Shown here: positions 29,701-38,856 of the stretch, one piece after another
How the letters are laid out: each line of letters begins with the position of its first letter
Position numbering within the stretch: the stretch's first letter is position 1
Assembly (NCBI GenBank): GCA_017409215.1
Contig: JAFQTD010000034.1
Coordinates: forward strand, 431 to 64,430
Length of the DNA: 64,000 nucleotides
Direction of reading: 5' to 3'
From: Alphaproteobacteria bacterium
Lineage (GTDB): Bacteria; Pseudomonadota; Alphaproteobacteria; Rs-D84
The notes under the pieces: model-generated
The model's database searches: none
The model's input: the letters and a program-made list of their open reading frames with translations, nothing else
Told to the model about the DNA's origin: nothing
Translations under genes and position numbers: made by a program

Positions 29701-31047
29701 ATGAAAATGCGACAATGCATAAAACGTTTTTTATCTATTATTTGCATAACGCTTGTATCGTTGTGTTTTCTTGCGCCATCGTTTTGTGAAACAACAAATT
29801 TACCGTCTGGTGATATTGGTGATTATGGTGCATGGGCGACAGAAAACAATCGTAAAAAGTTTACGGCAGACCTATCGTCGGATATTGAAAATTTCCAAGG
29901 CGATTTTCAAAACAAAGTTGTTGCAGATTATGTCCCAGCAGAGGCAAAAATAGGCCTTGCCTTTATGAATGGTTTGTCATACATTGCGCAGGTTTTAAAT
30001 TCGTCATTAGTTCGCTTTATGATAGTGTTTATCATAGTTATGTATTTATTATGGGTCACATTCGAAGCGTATACTATAATAATAGGACAGGGTAAAGTTG
30101 AAGGTTTTGCATCAGGCAAAGGCACAATGTTCGAGATAGTAAAAAGAGGCGGTCTTGTACTTATGTGGATTGCTGTCCTAAAAGTTGGTCCCGCCCAGGC
30201 GTTTATGGTGGTTATGTCGCCTATTTTACAGGTTGCAAATTATATTTCTGATGGGATATTAACTGTTGCATCTGGTGCGATGGGGGTGGACGAATTGCCT
30301 GATACATGTGCGGCGATACGTGAATATGCGGCTGCGCATATTTCGGATAGTAATATATTAAGTGCATCTCAGGTCAGTGATATAATGTGCCTGCCATCAC
30401 GTTTGTCTGGTTTTTGTTATTCTGCGGTTGCTGTTGGCTGGCGATGGATGTTATACGGTATTGGTACCAGTGCGTTTTCGTTTTTGTGTGGTTTAATATT
30501 TGTTTGTGGTTTTGTGTATCTTACCTGGCGGTTTGTTTTTATTGCATTTGGTGTTATTGCCGACTTGTTCCTTGCGGTAATGTTATTGCCGTTTACAGCC
30601 TTGTCTGAAACGATTAAAGAAACATCGTACAAAGGAATAATAGGCAGATTTTATAACGGTTTTCTGGGCGTGTTCAATGTTTCTAATATAAACAAAGAAA
30701 TAGGTTCCTTAGAATCGCAGGTTGGCAGAATTATTGATGCTGCGCTTCATTTCATAGTTTTGTCTATTGTTGTCACACTGTGTTCTGCATTTTTGTCTCA
30801 GACAGTGACAGTAAATTCTATGAACGGGGTGCCACATTTTAACAGTCCTGGGTTCTTTATAACCATATTGATTTTAGCATTGGCGATTTATTTTGCCAAA
30901 CAAGCGGAAACTATTGCCACAGAACTGGGTGGTTCTATAAACACATCGATTGGTGATAATTTACGAAACGATGTAAAGGGACGTTGGAAATCGATCAAAA
31001 AGAACGCAGAAAAAATACGCGATATAATTCGTGACAGAAAAAAATAA
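29701..31047 (+). CDS. VirB6/TrbL-like polytopic membrane protein, paralogue 5
   Basis: 448 aa. Signal-like N-terminus, loop cysteines (DTCAAI...IMCLPSRLSGFCY), VAVGWRWMLYG and tail WKSIKKNAEKIRDIIRDRKK. Confidence 0.55.
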   Translation: MKMRQCIKRFLSIICITLVSLCFLAPSFCETTNLPSGDIGDYGAWATENNRKKFTADLSSDIENFQGDFQNKVVADYVPAEAKIGLAFMNGLSYIAQVLNSSLVRFMIVFIIVMYLLWVTFEAYTIIIGQGKVEGFASGKGTMFEIVKRGGLVLMWIAVLKVGPAQAFMVVMSPILQVANYISDGILTVASGAMGVDELPDTCAAIREYAAAHISDSNILSASQVSDIMCLPSRLSGFCYSAVAVGWRWMLYGIGTSAFSFLCGLIFVCGFVYLTWRFVFIAFGVIADLFLAVMLLPFTALSETIKETSYKGIIGRFYNGFLGVFNVSNINKEIGSLESQVGRIIDAALHFIVLSIVVTLCSAFLSQTVTVNSMNGVPHFNSPGFFITILILALAIYFAKQAETIATELGGSINTSIGDNLRNDVKGRWKSIKKNAEKIRDIIRDRKK

Positions 31048-31051
31048 AAAA

Positions 31052-32641
31052 TCAGACGAACTTTTCTGGCACCAGATTACAAAGTGTTTTCCATATTCTG
31101 CGGAATATGCTGGTATCTGGGTCGTGTCGGTATACACGTTCTTTATCATCGCCGGTTCGTTTGCCTGTCCAGACTGGTTTATTGTTTCTGTCCAATGAAA
31201 CGCGCCAAGATGTTTTTGTGTCTTGTATAATCATATTTCTTAGTTTATCTGCGAAATCGCGACTTTCAAATATTGCGACGTTTTCTGTATTATAGTATGC
31301 GCTACGTGGGTCCAGATTAAAACTGCCAATCCAAGAAATATCATCATCAAAGACCATTGTTTTGCTGTGCAATACAGAAAAACTGGATTGTTTTCTTTCG
31401 CGGTCGTGTTCTCTGCCGCGCAGATTTTCTGCAGATTCCATAAATTCATAGACTTCCGCCCCAGATTGGATTAATTGCTTTCTGTATTTTTCCCATTTTG
31501 CATAAACGGTTGGCGCATTCGTAGACGACAATGAATTTGTGACAATTGTCAAATGCACCCCAGAATCTTCTTCGCGCAACATGTGTTCCAGTCCGCCTTG
31601 TCCAGGCACAAAATATGCCGCGGACATATAAACAGATTTTTTAGTTTTATCCCACAGGTGTTGCAGTGCTTTTACTATATCGCCACGATAAGATTCTTTT
31701 TCTTCCATTGTCATTTCGACCTTTTGTGGTGGGTCTGCCAGAAACTTTCCGTGTCCCCAACTAAAATCGAATTTTTTATGCTTAAATTCGCGTTTTGCAA
31801 GATTGATAATGGTATTATATCTGCGGACTTCTTCGGTGCTGCGTTCTTCCAGCTCTGCAAAAGATTTTTCCAGTTTTCGCAGTGCGCGCTTTGATTTTGC
31901 CTTTGGAAATACTGATGCAGGAATTGACAAGTGGTGATTCCAATATTCGTTAAAGCTGTTTGTTGCGTATCTTGTCATATCGCCCAAGAACAAAACGTCT
32001 GTATCGGAAAAATTCGATGCAGTTTCTGGATAGAAATAATTACTGCCAACATTTCGTCCGCCTGTTATATATGCAACATTGTCAACAATGAACAATTTGT
32101 TGTGCATACGTGAATTCAGCCTATTAAAATCCGTCAAGAACTGTGGGTAATACAACAGTTTTGAACGATTACTGACGGTATTAAAAACTTTTACTTCTAT
32201 ATTAGGATGTTGATTCAGCAGCATAACATCAACGATATCAGACTTTGTTCCATAATCGTCCAGCAGTATACGAACCTTGACCCCGCGGTCTGCGGCATTT
32301 TTTAGTTCTGCAATCAAAACGCGTGAAGTAAAATCATTACTATAAATATACGTTTGTAAATCAATTGTCTTGGTTGCCATTCTTGCGAACGCAGACCTGA
32401 TTACAAATGCAGACAATCCATCTTCGATAAGTGTTGCCCCTGAAATATTTGGTGCAGAATTAAGTTCATCTATATAGCATTTTGCAATTGGTGTTTCGTA
32501 TGGGTTATAATCAAAGTCACCGTCTGTAATCTTCGGGGAATAGTGTTCCAGTCGTGTATCATGTATGGTTGTTGGTACGGTCGTACATCCGGCCAAAGGC
32601 AATGCCAAAATCCATATTGAAACCTTTTTTAAAATCCCCAA
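31052..32641 (-). CDS. Phospholipase D / cardiolipin synthase-family lipoprotein (two HKD motifs)
   Basis: Lipobox LPLAGC; HKD motifs HNKLFIVDN...GGRN and LHSKTMVFDDD...GSFN. Confidence 0.85.
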   Translation of the reverse strand: MGILKKVSIWILALPLAGCTTVPTTIHDTRLEHYSPKITDGDFDYNPYETPIAKCYIDELNSAPNISGATLIEDGLSAFVIRSAFARMATKTIDLQTYIYSNDFTSRVLIAELKNAADRGVKVRILLDDYGTKSDIVDVMLLNQHPNIEVKVFNTVSNRSKLLYYPQFLTDFNRLNSRMHNKLFIVDNVAYITGGRNVGSNYFYPETASNFSDTDVLFLGDMTRYATNSFNEYWNHHLSIPASVFPKAKSKRALRKLEKSFAELEERSTEEVRRYNTIINLAKREFKHKKFDFSWGHGKFLADPPQKVEMTMEEKESYRGDIVKALQHLWDKTKKSVYMSAAYFVPGQGGLEHMLREEDSGVHLTIVTNSLSSTNAPTVYAKWEKYRKQLIQSGAEVYEFMESAENLRGREHDRERKQSSFSVLHSKTMVFDDDISWIGSFNLDPRSAYYNTENVAIFESRDFADKLRNMIIQDTKTSWRVSLDRNNKPVWTGKRTGDDKERVYRHDPDTSIFRRIWKTLCNLVPEKFV

Positions 32642-32794
32642 AATAAAACCCTCTTTTGTATTTTGCTTGCAATTATAAATAAAAGTAAATGCGCCTGCAA
32701 GTGAAAATCATTATATTTTTTAATGAATTGGAAAAAATACCTTTATTAACATAGCTTAGTTGTTGTATTATGCAAAAAAACAAAGGGGCAAGAA

Positions 32795-33808
32795 ATGCAA
32801 AAGATTATTATTACTGGTGGGGCAGGGTATATTGGTTCGCATACTGCGGTCGCATTACAAGAATCAGGATTTGATGTTGTTGTTATTGATAATCTGTCGA
32901 ATTCTTCGGTTGCGTCGCTTGACGGTGTCGCGTCAATAACTGGGACACGTCCATGTTTTGAATGTGTTGACTGTACGAATATTGAAGCGTTGCGTTCGGT
33001 TTTCAACAGGCACAGTGATGCGGTGGGTGTTATTCATTTTGCTGCGCTCAAGGCTGTTGGCGAATCGGTACAGCAACCATTGTTATATTATCGTAATAAT
33101 CTGGATGGTTTGATTAATGTTCTGACGTGTATGTTGGAATTTCAGATACCAAACATTGTCTTTTCATCATCTGCGACGGTCTATGGTGTTCCATCTGTAT
33201 TACCTGTCACCGAAGAAACCCCGCTTCAGCCTGCCACATCGCCGTATGGTCAGACCAAGGTTATTGGTGAAAATATAATACGTGATACCGTATTGGCAAA
33301 TCCGGTGTTGGGTGCAACATTGTTGCGTTATTTCAATCCGATTGGTGCGCATCCATCAGGGTTGATTGGCGAACATCCCAATGGTATCCCAAATAATTTA
33401 ATGCCATATATTACACAAACTGCGGCGGGCATTCGTCCGATGTTGCGTATTTTTGGTGATGATTATGATACGCCTGATGGTTTTTGTGTGCGTGATTACA
33501 TTGACGTGAATGATTTGGCTGCTGCGCATGTTGCAGCATTGCAATATATGCTAAAAGGTGCGACAGGCATCAGTACTTTTAATCTGGGTACTGGTCGCGG
33601 TTATTCTGTTATGGAATTGGTCAACGCGTTTCAGGAATCGACTGGGGCTGATGTTCCTTATCAGATTGTTGCACGTCGTGCAGGGGATGTTCCTGCGATT
33701 TGGGCAGATGCATCATTGGCGGGTCGTGTTTTGAATTGGCGCGCAGACACTCCGCTGTCTGAAACTCTAAAATCCGCATGGCGCTGGCAACAGAATTGCA
33801 AGAAGTAA
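32795..33808 (+). CDS. galE: UDP-glucose 4-epimerase
   Basis: ITGGAGYIGSH Rossmann motif, YGQTK catalytic motif, 337 aa. Confidence 0.9.
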   Translation: MQKIIITGGAGYIGSHTAVALQESGFDVVVIDNLSNSSVASLDGVASITGTRPCFECVDCTNIEALRSVFNRHSDAVGVIHFAALKAVGESVQQPLLYYRNNLDGLINVLTCMLEFQIPNIVFSSSATVYGVPSVLPVTEETPLQPATSPYGQTKVIGENIIRDTVLANPVLGATLLRYFNPIGAHPSGLIGEHPNGIPNNLMPYITQTAAGIRPMLRIFGDDYDTPDGFCVRDYIDVNDLAAAHVAALQYMLKGATGISTFNLGTGRGYSVMELVNAFQESTGADVPYQIVARRAGDVPAIWADASLAGRVLNWRADTPLSETLKSAWRWQQNCKK

Positions 33809-33883
33809 ATTTGTGAAAAAATACGCTTGTATTAGCACGTGATATATGATAAAATAATCTGTAAAGAGAAGGGAAATTTAGCT

Positions 33884-36028
33884 ATGAAAAGATTTGTTGC
33901 AGTACTAAGCAGTTTATTGGTTTTACCCGCATTTGCAGAGGTTGCGCCCATAACCTATGATGAATTTTATGACGAAGAAGTCGCGGATTATGTGGATGAT
34001 TCTGATGCAGAATCAGCCGATATGGTTGCGGATGAAACGACAACGGTTGTGGAAAAAAGCGCGCCTGTTGTTCAACCATCGCGCAGGGGTGTACGTACTA
34101 CTGCAAATTCTGGACGTTCGGTTTCGCGTGTGTTGCCTTCATCTGTGACGAATGCGAATAATGTATCGAAACGCACTGCGTCGGCTGCTCGTGTAATGCC
34201 CAGTTCGCGTACTGCGACAACGCAACGCGTTGCGGCGCGTACTGCAACCACACAAAATGCACAGTCGCGTGGTACGGTTTCCCGCACTGCGACACGTTCA
34301 AACACGCGTGTTGGTGCGACCGCTGCGCAACAGATTGCCCAGACACGTCGTGCAATGCAGGGGGCACCGTCTGTAAATAGTGCTCGTGCATCTATTGTTC
34401 AAACAGATACTGTTAACACACCGCTTTATACTGGACGTGTTGCAATGCGTTCTGGTGCAGTGCGTGCACGTGTTCCATCGGCTGCGTCTGCTGTGTCGGC
34501 ATCTTCTGTTGTGACTGAAACGGTCGAAGAAACTGCAGTGTCAATGGATGAATTGGCGCAAATCACAGATTTTTGCAAGGCGCAATATACACAATGTATG
34601 GATAATTATTGCAATGTGCTTGACGATAATCAGGGACGTTGTTCTTGTTCTAAAAATTTAAAGAATTATGCAAAAACAGAAGAGGCATTAAAAGCCGCGA
34701 CTGAGGCATTACAAGACGTCGCACAACAGATTCAATATATTGGTTTGACCGGTGACGAAGTTGAAATATTGTTTACGCAAACTGTTGCCGAAGATCAAAT
34801 GCAATCATCATCTGATAATACCCAGTTGAAAAGTGATTTAGACAAAATTAAAAACCTGATTGTTGATGTCAAGACAGGGTCTGCATCATCAACTGAAACA
34901 GGAATGAGTTTTGATTTGTCTGGCCTGTTGGACTTCAGTGTTGACAGTACTGGTTTTGACTTGTCATCACTGTTTGGTGGCGGTCAGGCGAACACATCCA
35001 GTATCAGCAATCAACGTGGTGAACAATTGTACAAGACCGCGACTGCACGTTGCAAGGCGGCGGTTCTGTCGGATTGTCAATCCCAGGGGGTTGATATCTC
35101 GATTATCACAAACGCGTATGATTTGGAAATTGACAAACAGTGTTTGGCATACGAACGTAAATTGACAGACAGCAACGAAGAAATGGGTCGCACAGTACGC
35201 AATGCAAAAAGTGTTTTGCAACGCGCGCGCTTGATGGTTGCCCAGAACAAGAATGTTTATCAAGATATGCGCAGCTGTGTAAATGCACTTGATTCATGTA
35301 TGCAAGACGACTTTGTCTGTGGTACAGACTATGAAAACTGCATTGACCCATCCGGTAAATATATCGTAAACGGCGAAGTCGTTGTTGGTTCAATGCCAGG
35401 ACAAGTTATTGATAATAATAAACCAGGTGCGCCTGGATTCTATGGCACAGGGCTGTATGCCACATGGGAATATGATGAATCAAATGCATGGGATGATGAT
35501 GGAAGTCTAGAAGATTTTATTAACAGTACTGTAACGTCTGCGTTTCCAACTGAGTCTGGTACCAACATTTCTAAGTTCCTGCAAAATAAAATCGGCTATA
35601 ATGACAGCAGTGACGGCAGAAACTATGGTATGTGCATATCGGAATTGAATAAATGTCAGAATTTGACATACAATTCCGACGGTAAATACAAACCCGATAA
35701 TCCAGTGGTCAAGGAATATCTGCGCCGCACATTGATTCAAATCAAGAATATGCAGGATAACATCTTGGCATCCTATGCAGAAAATTGCATACCAGAGGTT
35801 AAAGCCTGCCTGACGCAAAACGGCTTTGATTTTGTGGATTACATCACTGACTTAGAACCATCTAAGTCGTCACCTACAAACAATGTTGCGATGAATGCGT
35901 GTAGACAGCAAATCATAACTTGCATGTCTGTAAATGGTGATGCAGAGGCTGATCCAACACCGAATTCAATGTTGAAATGGGTAAATAGCGCAACTGGTGC
36001 AACAAAGGCACCAACGCCAGAATCGTAA
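33884..36028 (+). CDS. Secreted 714-aa protein with an acidic stretch, an Arg/Thr/Ser/Ala-rich repeat region and an 18-Cys C-terminal region
   Basis: Start taken at MKRFVAVLSSLLVLPAFA (signal peptide, RBS agaaggg). Degenerate R-T-A-T-T-Q repeats; Cys clusters such as FCKAQYTQCMDNYCNVLDDNQGRCSCS and SCVNALDSCMQDDFVCGTDYENC. Confidence 0.7.
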   Translation: MKRFVAVLSSLLVLPAFAEVAPITYDEFYDEEVADYVDDSDAESADMVADETTTVVEKSAPVVQPSRRGVRTTANSGRSVSRVLPSSVTNANNVSKRTASAARVMPSSRTATTQRVAARTATTQNAQSRGTVSRTATRSNTRVGATAAQQIAQTRRAMQGAPSVNSARASIVQTDTVNTPLYTGRVAMRSGAVRARVPSAASAVSASSVVTETVEETAVSMDELAQITDFCKAQYTQCMDNYCNVLDDNQGRCSCSKNLKNYAKTEEALKAATEALQDVAQQIQYIGLTGDEVEILFTQTVAEDQMQSSSDNTQLKSDLDKIKNLIVDVKTGSASSTETGMSFDLSGLLDFSVDSTGFDLSSLFGGGQANTSSISNQRGEQLYKTATARCKAAVLSDCQSQGVDISIITNAYDLEIDKQCLAYERKLTDSNEEMGRTVRNAKSVLQRARLMVAQNKNVYQDMRSCVNALDSCMQDDFVCGTDYENCIDPSGKYIVNGEVVVGSMPGQVIDNNKPGAPGFYGTGLYATWEYDESNAWDDDGSLEDFINSTVTSAFPTESGTNISKFLQNKIGYNDSSDGRNYGMCISELNKCQNLTYNSDGKYKPDNPVVKEYLRRTLIQIKNMQDNILASYAENCIPEVKACLTQNGFDFVDYITDLEPSKSSPTNNVAMNACRQQIITCMSVNGDAEADPTPNSMLKWVNSATGATKAPTPES

Positions 36029-36074
36029 TCAAACAGTTCCCTTCCTCTTTCTCTCGAAAGAGAAAACCGCAAAA

Positions 36075-36100
36075 AGTCGTGTTCTCTCACGACTTTTTTT
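36075..36100 (+). terminator. Terminator after the Cys-rich protein gene
   Basis: Stem agtcgtg/cacgact followed by a T7 run. Confidence 0.55.
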
Positions 36101-36712
36101 ATTTGTTTCCCATAAACCACATCCCGAACTTTTAACAAAACCCGCACTCACACATTCGTCATTCCCGCGAAGGCGGGAATCCATTGCCCCGCAGGGACAT
36201 CTAAAACATTATCATGCCCCCCACACACATCATCACTTTCGTACATCGCCCCCCACATCCACTTTTCGTCATACCCGCATCGGGCCCCGCAAAAATTGGA
36301 AATTTTTGTGGGTGATTTCCAGGCGGGTATCCATTGCCCCGCAGGGACATATTATTGTGAATTTTTCACACCCTACAAAAATTACAAATTTTTAGCTCTT
36401 GTCATCCTGTGGCTTGACCACAGGACCCAGGTGTATTCCTTTAAAACATTACTACACACACACTCTCTCTTCGTCATATCCGCACATCGCCCCCAACACC
36501 CTCTTTTCGTCATACCCGCGCAGGCGGGTATCCATTGCCCCGCAGGGACATCTAAAATATTATCAAGCCCCCCCCACACATCATCACTTTCGTACATCGC
36601 CCCGCACTCACACACCCGTCATACCCGCATCGGGCCCCGCAAAAATTGGAAATTTTTGTGGGTGATTTCCAGGCGGGAATCCATTGCCCCGCAGGGACAA
36701 TTTTGTATATAA
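36100..36712. repeat. Mosaic palindromic (MITE-like) repeat cluster A
   Basis: Four copies of the 30-bp core aggcggg(a/t)atccattgccccgcagggaca(t) at 36171, 36321, 36522 and 36671. Two ~194-bp direct repeats (36157-36350 and 36508-36699). Palindromes cccgcg.aggcggg, caaaaattggaaatttttg and cctgtggcttgaccacagg. Confidence 0.85.
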
Positions 36713-36714
36713 AG

Positions 36715-36745
36715 ACACCGGTAAGGAAGGGCGACCGGTGTTTTC
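36715..36745 (+). terminator. Orphan terminator-like hairpin at the right edge of repeat cluster A
   Basis: Stem acaccggt/accggtgt (36715-36722 and 36734-36741) followed by TTTT. No annotated gene ends here. Confidence 0.35.
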
Positions 36746-37032
36746 TGTGCAGTTTACAGAAATTGTGAATGGGATTACTCTGTTGTATTTGATAATTTTT
36801 ATTCTCTTGATTTCAGACAATTTTGCACTATTATATACCAGTACCCAGAGAATGTAAGAACCCCGATGGGTTCTGTTGGAACAAATCCCTATGTCTTTAT
36901 TGGTCATAATAAAATACCATAGGGGGTGTTGGGTGTGCGACCCTCAGATTTACTGCGTATAAAGTCGTTTTACTTTATTGGCAATGAATTTGCAGGTCGC
37001 ACAAGAATATTAACTATAAAAAAGGAAAATAA

Positions 37033-38829
37033 ATGGTAAAAGTAAAAGAAAAAAAGACGGTGTCGGCCAAAGAAACTGCACCAAAATCGCCACAAAAAAT
37101 ACGTGGTATGAATCGACACGAAACAGATGCCAACGATGACAAGATTTATTTTATGGCGCTTGGCGGACTGGAACATATTGGTCAAAATATGTATGTCTAT
37201 AAATATCGCGGTAAATACCTTGTCGTAGATTGCGGTATGGGATTCCTGGACGAAGAAATCGGGGCAGGGGACGTCCAATATTGTGACACCACATGGTTGG
37301 AAAAACGCAAGAAAGACGTTGTTGGATTTATTGTCACGCATGGCCACGAAGACCACATTGGGGCGTTAAAATATATCTGGCCAAAATTCAGAAAGCCGAT
37401 ATACTGCACGCGTTTTCCCGCAGAAATTTTGCGTCGCACATTTGCTGGGATTGAAATGGACTTTAATCCCCAGACAGACATTGTTGAATTTGACCACAAT
37501 GGCGCGACACTTGATATTGCACCTTTTGAAGTCGAAACATTTCACGTCACACATTCTGTACCCGAAGCGCAAATGTTAATAATCAAAACCCCTGCGGGCA
37601 AGATTCTGCACACAGGCGACTGGACATTCAACGATGATATTCCAATCGAGGCCCCAACAAACTTTGCGCGTCTGTCTGAAATTGGTTCTGATCCGATGTT
37701 GTTGGCATGTATGTGCGATTCAACAAATTCTTCACGTCAGACCAAGCAGGTCACAGAAACTCAGGTTCGTGAAACCCTGACTGAAATTATGAAGAATGCC
37801 CCAGGTCGCGTATTTGTGACTGGCTATTCACGCAGTTTGGCGCGTATCAAAATGTTTGCCCAGGCTGCACGCGCCGCTGGTCGTGTTGCTGCGATAAAAG
37901 AACGCAGTAATCCAAATCCAGTGCCATATGTTGGCCTGCCAGAATTTCGTGAAATGGGGATTGCGTTTGGTTATCTGAACAAAGACGATGTCTATCTGCA
38001 CAGCGAAATCAAAGACCTGCCCGCCGAAAAGCAAGCAATATTCTTGACAGGTTCCCAAGGCGAAAAGTTTGCAATGTTGACACGCCTGTGCCATGGTCAG
38101 GTCAAAGAATTAAAATTGCAACCGACAGACACTGTTGTTTTCAGTGCGATTATTATTCCAGGTCGCGAACAAGACGTTTCATATCTGTACAACAAATTGG
38201 CGCGTATGGGGATTAAGACACACACAATATTTGATACAGACAACGTTCATGCCAGTGGTCACGCAGGCCGTCCAGAATTGGAACGTTTCTATGATATGGT
38301 TCACCCCCAGGTGTCCGTACCAATGCATGGTGACTATATCAATGAAATGCTGAACGGCAAAATGGCAATGGAACGCGGTGGCGCAAAGCATATGATGGTC
38401 TTGCACAATGGCGAAATGTTGGCACTCAGCAACGGCAATGAACCGTATGTTGCCGAAACAATCGAAACCAGTTATGTCGTTATGGAGGGCGAAACAGAAC
38501 GCAGTGCAGACGACCAAGTCTACAAGAACCGCAAAAAGATTGCGGCAAATGGTGCGGTATTTGTCACATTGCCTGTTGACAAGCGCGGTTTCCTAAAAGG
38601 CACGCCAGAGGTTTCCAGTGCCGGTATCTTTGAATCAGACGAAACAGGCTTTATGAAGCGTCAGATTCAAATTGAAATCACACGTGCGATTGATGGTTTG
38701 ACCAAAACGGAACGCAAGGACAAAAACAATCTGGTTCGTGCAGTTCAAGTTGCATCGAACAAGGTTGTCCGCGCGGCACTTGGTGCAGACAAGAAACCGC
38801 AATACAGTGTTCACTTTGTGCAAAAATAA
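37033..38829 (+). CDS. rnj: Ribonuclease J (metallo-beta-lactamase/beta-CASP family)
   Basis: ALGGLEHIGQNMYVY...VDCG and THGHEDHIGAL motifs; HASGHA near the C-terminal part; 598 aa. Confidence 0.88.
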   Translation: MVKVKEKKTVSAKETAPKSPQKIRGMNRHETDANDDKIYFMALGGLEHIGQNMYVYKYRGKYLVVDCGMGFLDEEIGAGDVQYCDTTWLEKRKKDVVGFIVTHGHEDHIGALKYIWPKFRKPIYCTRFPAEILRRTFAGIEMDFNPQTDIVEFDHNGATLDIAPFEVETFHVTHSVPEAQMLIIKTPAGKILHTGDWTFNDDIPIEAPTNFARLSEIGSDPMLLACMCDSTNSSRQTKQVTETQVRETLTEIMKNAPGRVFVTGYSRSLARIKMFAQAARAAGRVAAIKERSNPNPVPYVGLPEFREMGIAFGYLNKDDVYLHSEIKDLPAEKQAIFLTGSQGEKFAMLTRLCHGQVKELKLQPTDTVVFSAIIIPGREQDVSYLYNKLARMGIKTHTIFDTDNVHASGHAGRPELERFYDMVHPQVSVPMHGDYINEMLNGKMAMERGGAKHMMVLHNGEMLALSNGNEPYVAETIETSYVVMEGETERSADDQVYKNRKKIAANGAVFVTLPVDKRGFLKGTPEVSSAGIFESDETGFMKRQIQIEITRAIDGLTKTERKDKNNLVRAVQVASNKVVRAALGADKKPQYSVHFVQK

Positions 38830-38831
38830 AT

Positions 38832-38856
38832 AATCCGGCATTGCCGGATTTTTTAT
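38832..38856 (+). terminator. Terminator after rnj
   Basis: Stem aatccggca/tgccggatt followed by a T-run. Confidence 0.65.

Noticed and set aside
36099-36712. ORF-track proteins inside the repeat clusters (35997-36395, 36296-36712, 36399-36665 and 36382-36615, plus 38841-39056, 39113-39448 and 39319-39540 in cluster B), with peptides like VIPAQAGIHCPAGTS, SFPRRRESIAPQGH and MSSCGLTTGPRCIP
   Set aside because: They are translations of the palindromic repeat modules in several frames and on both strands. The same peptides recur wherever the DNA repeat recurs. They lack RBSs and overlap each other.
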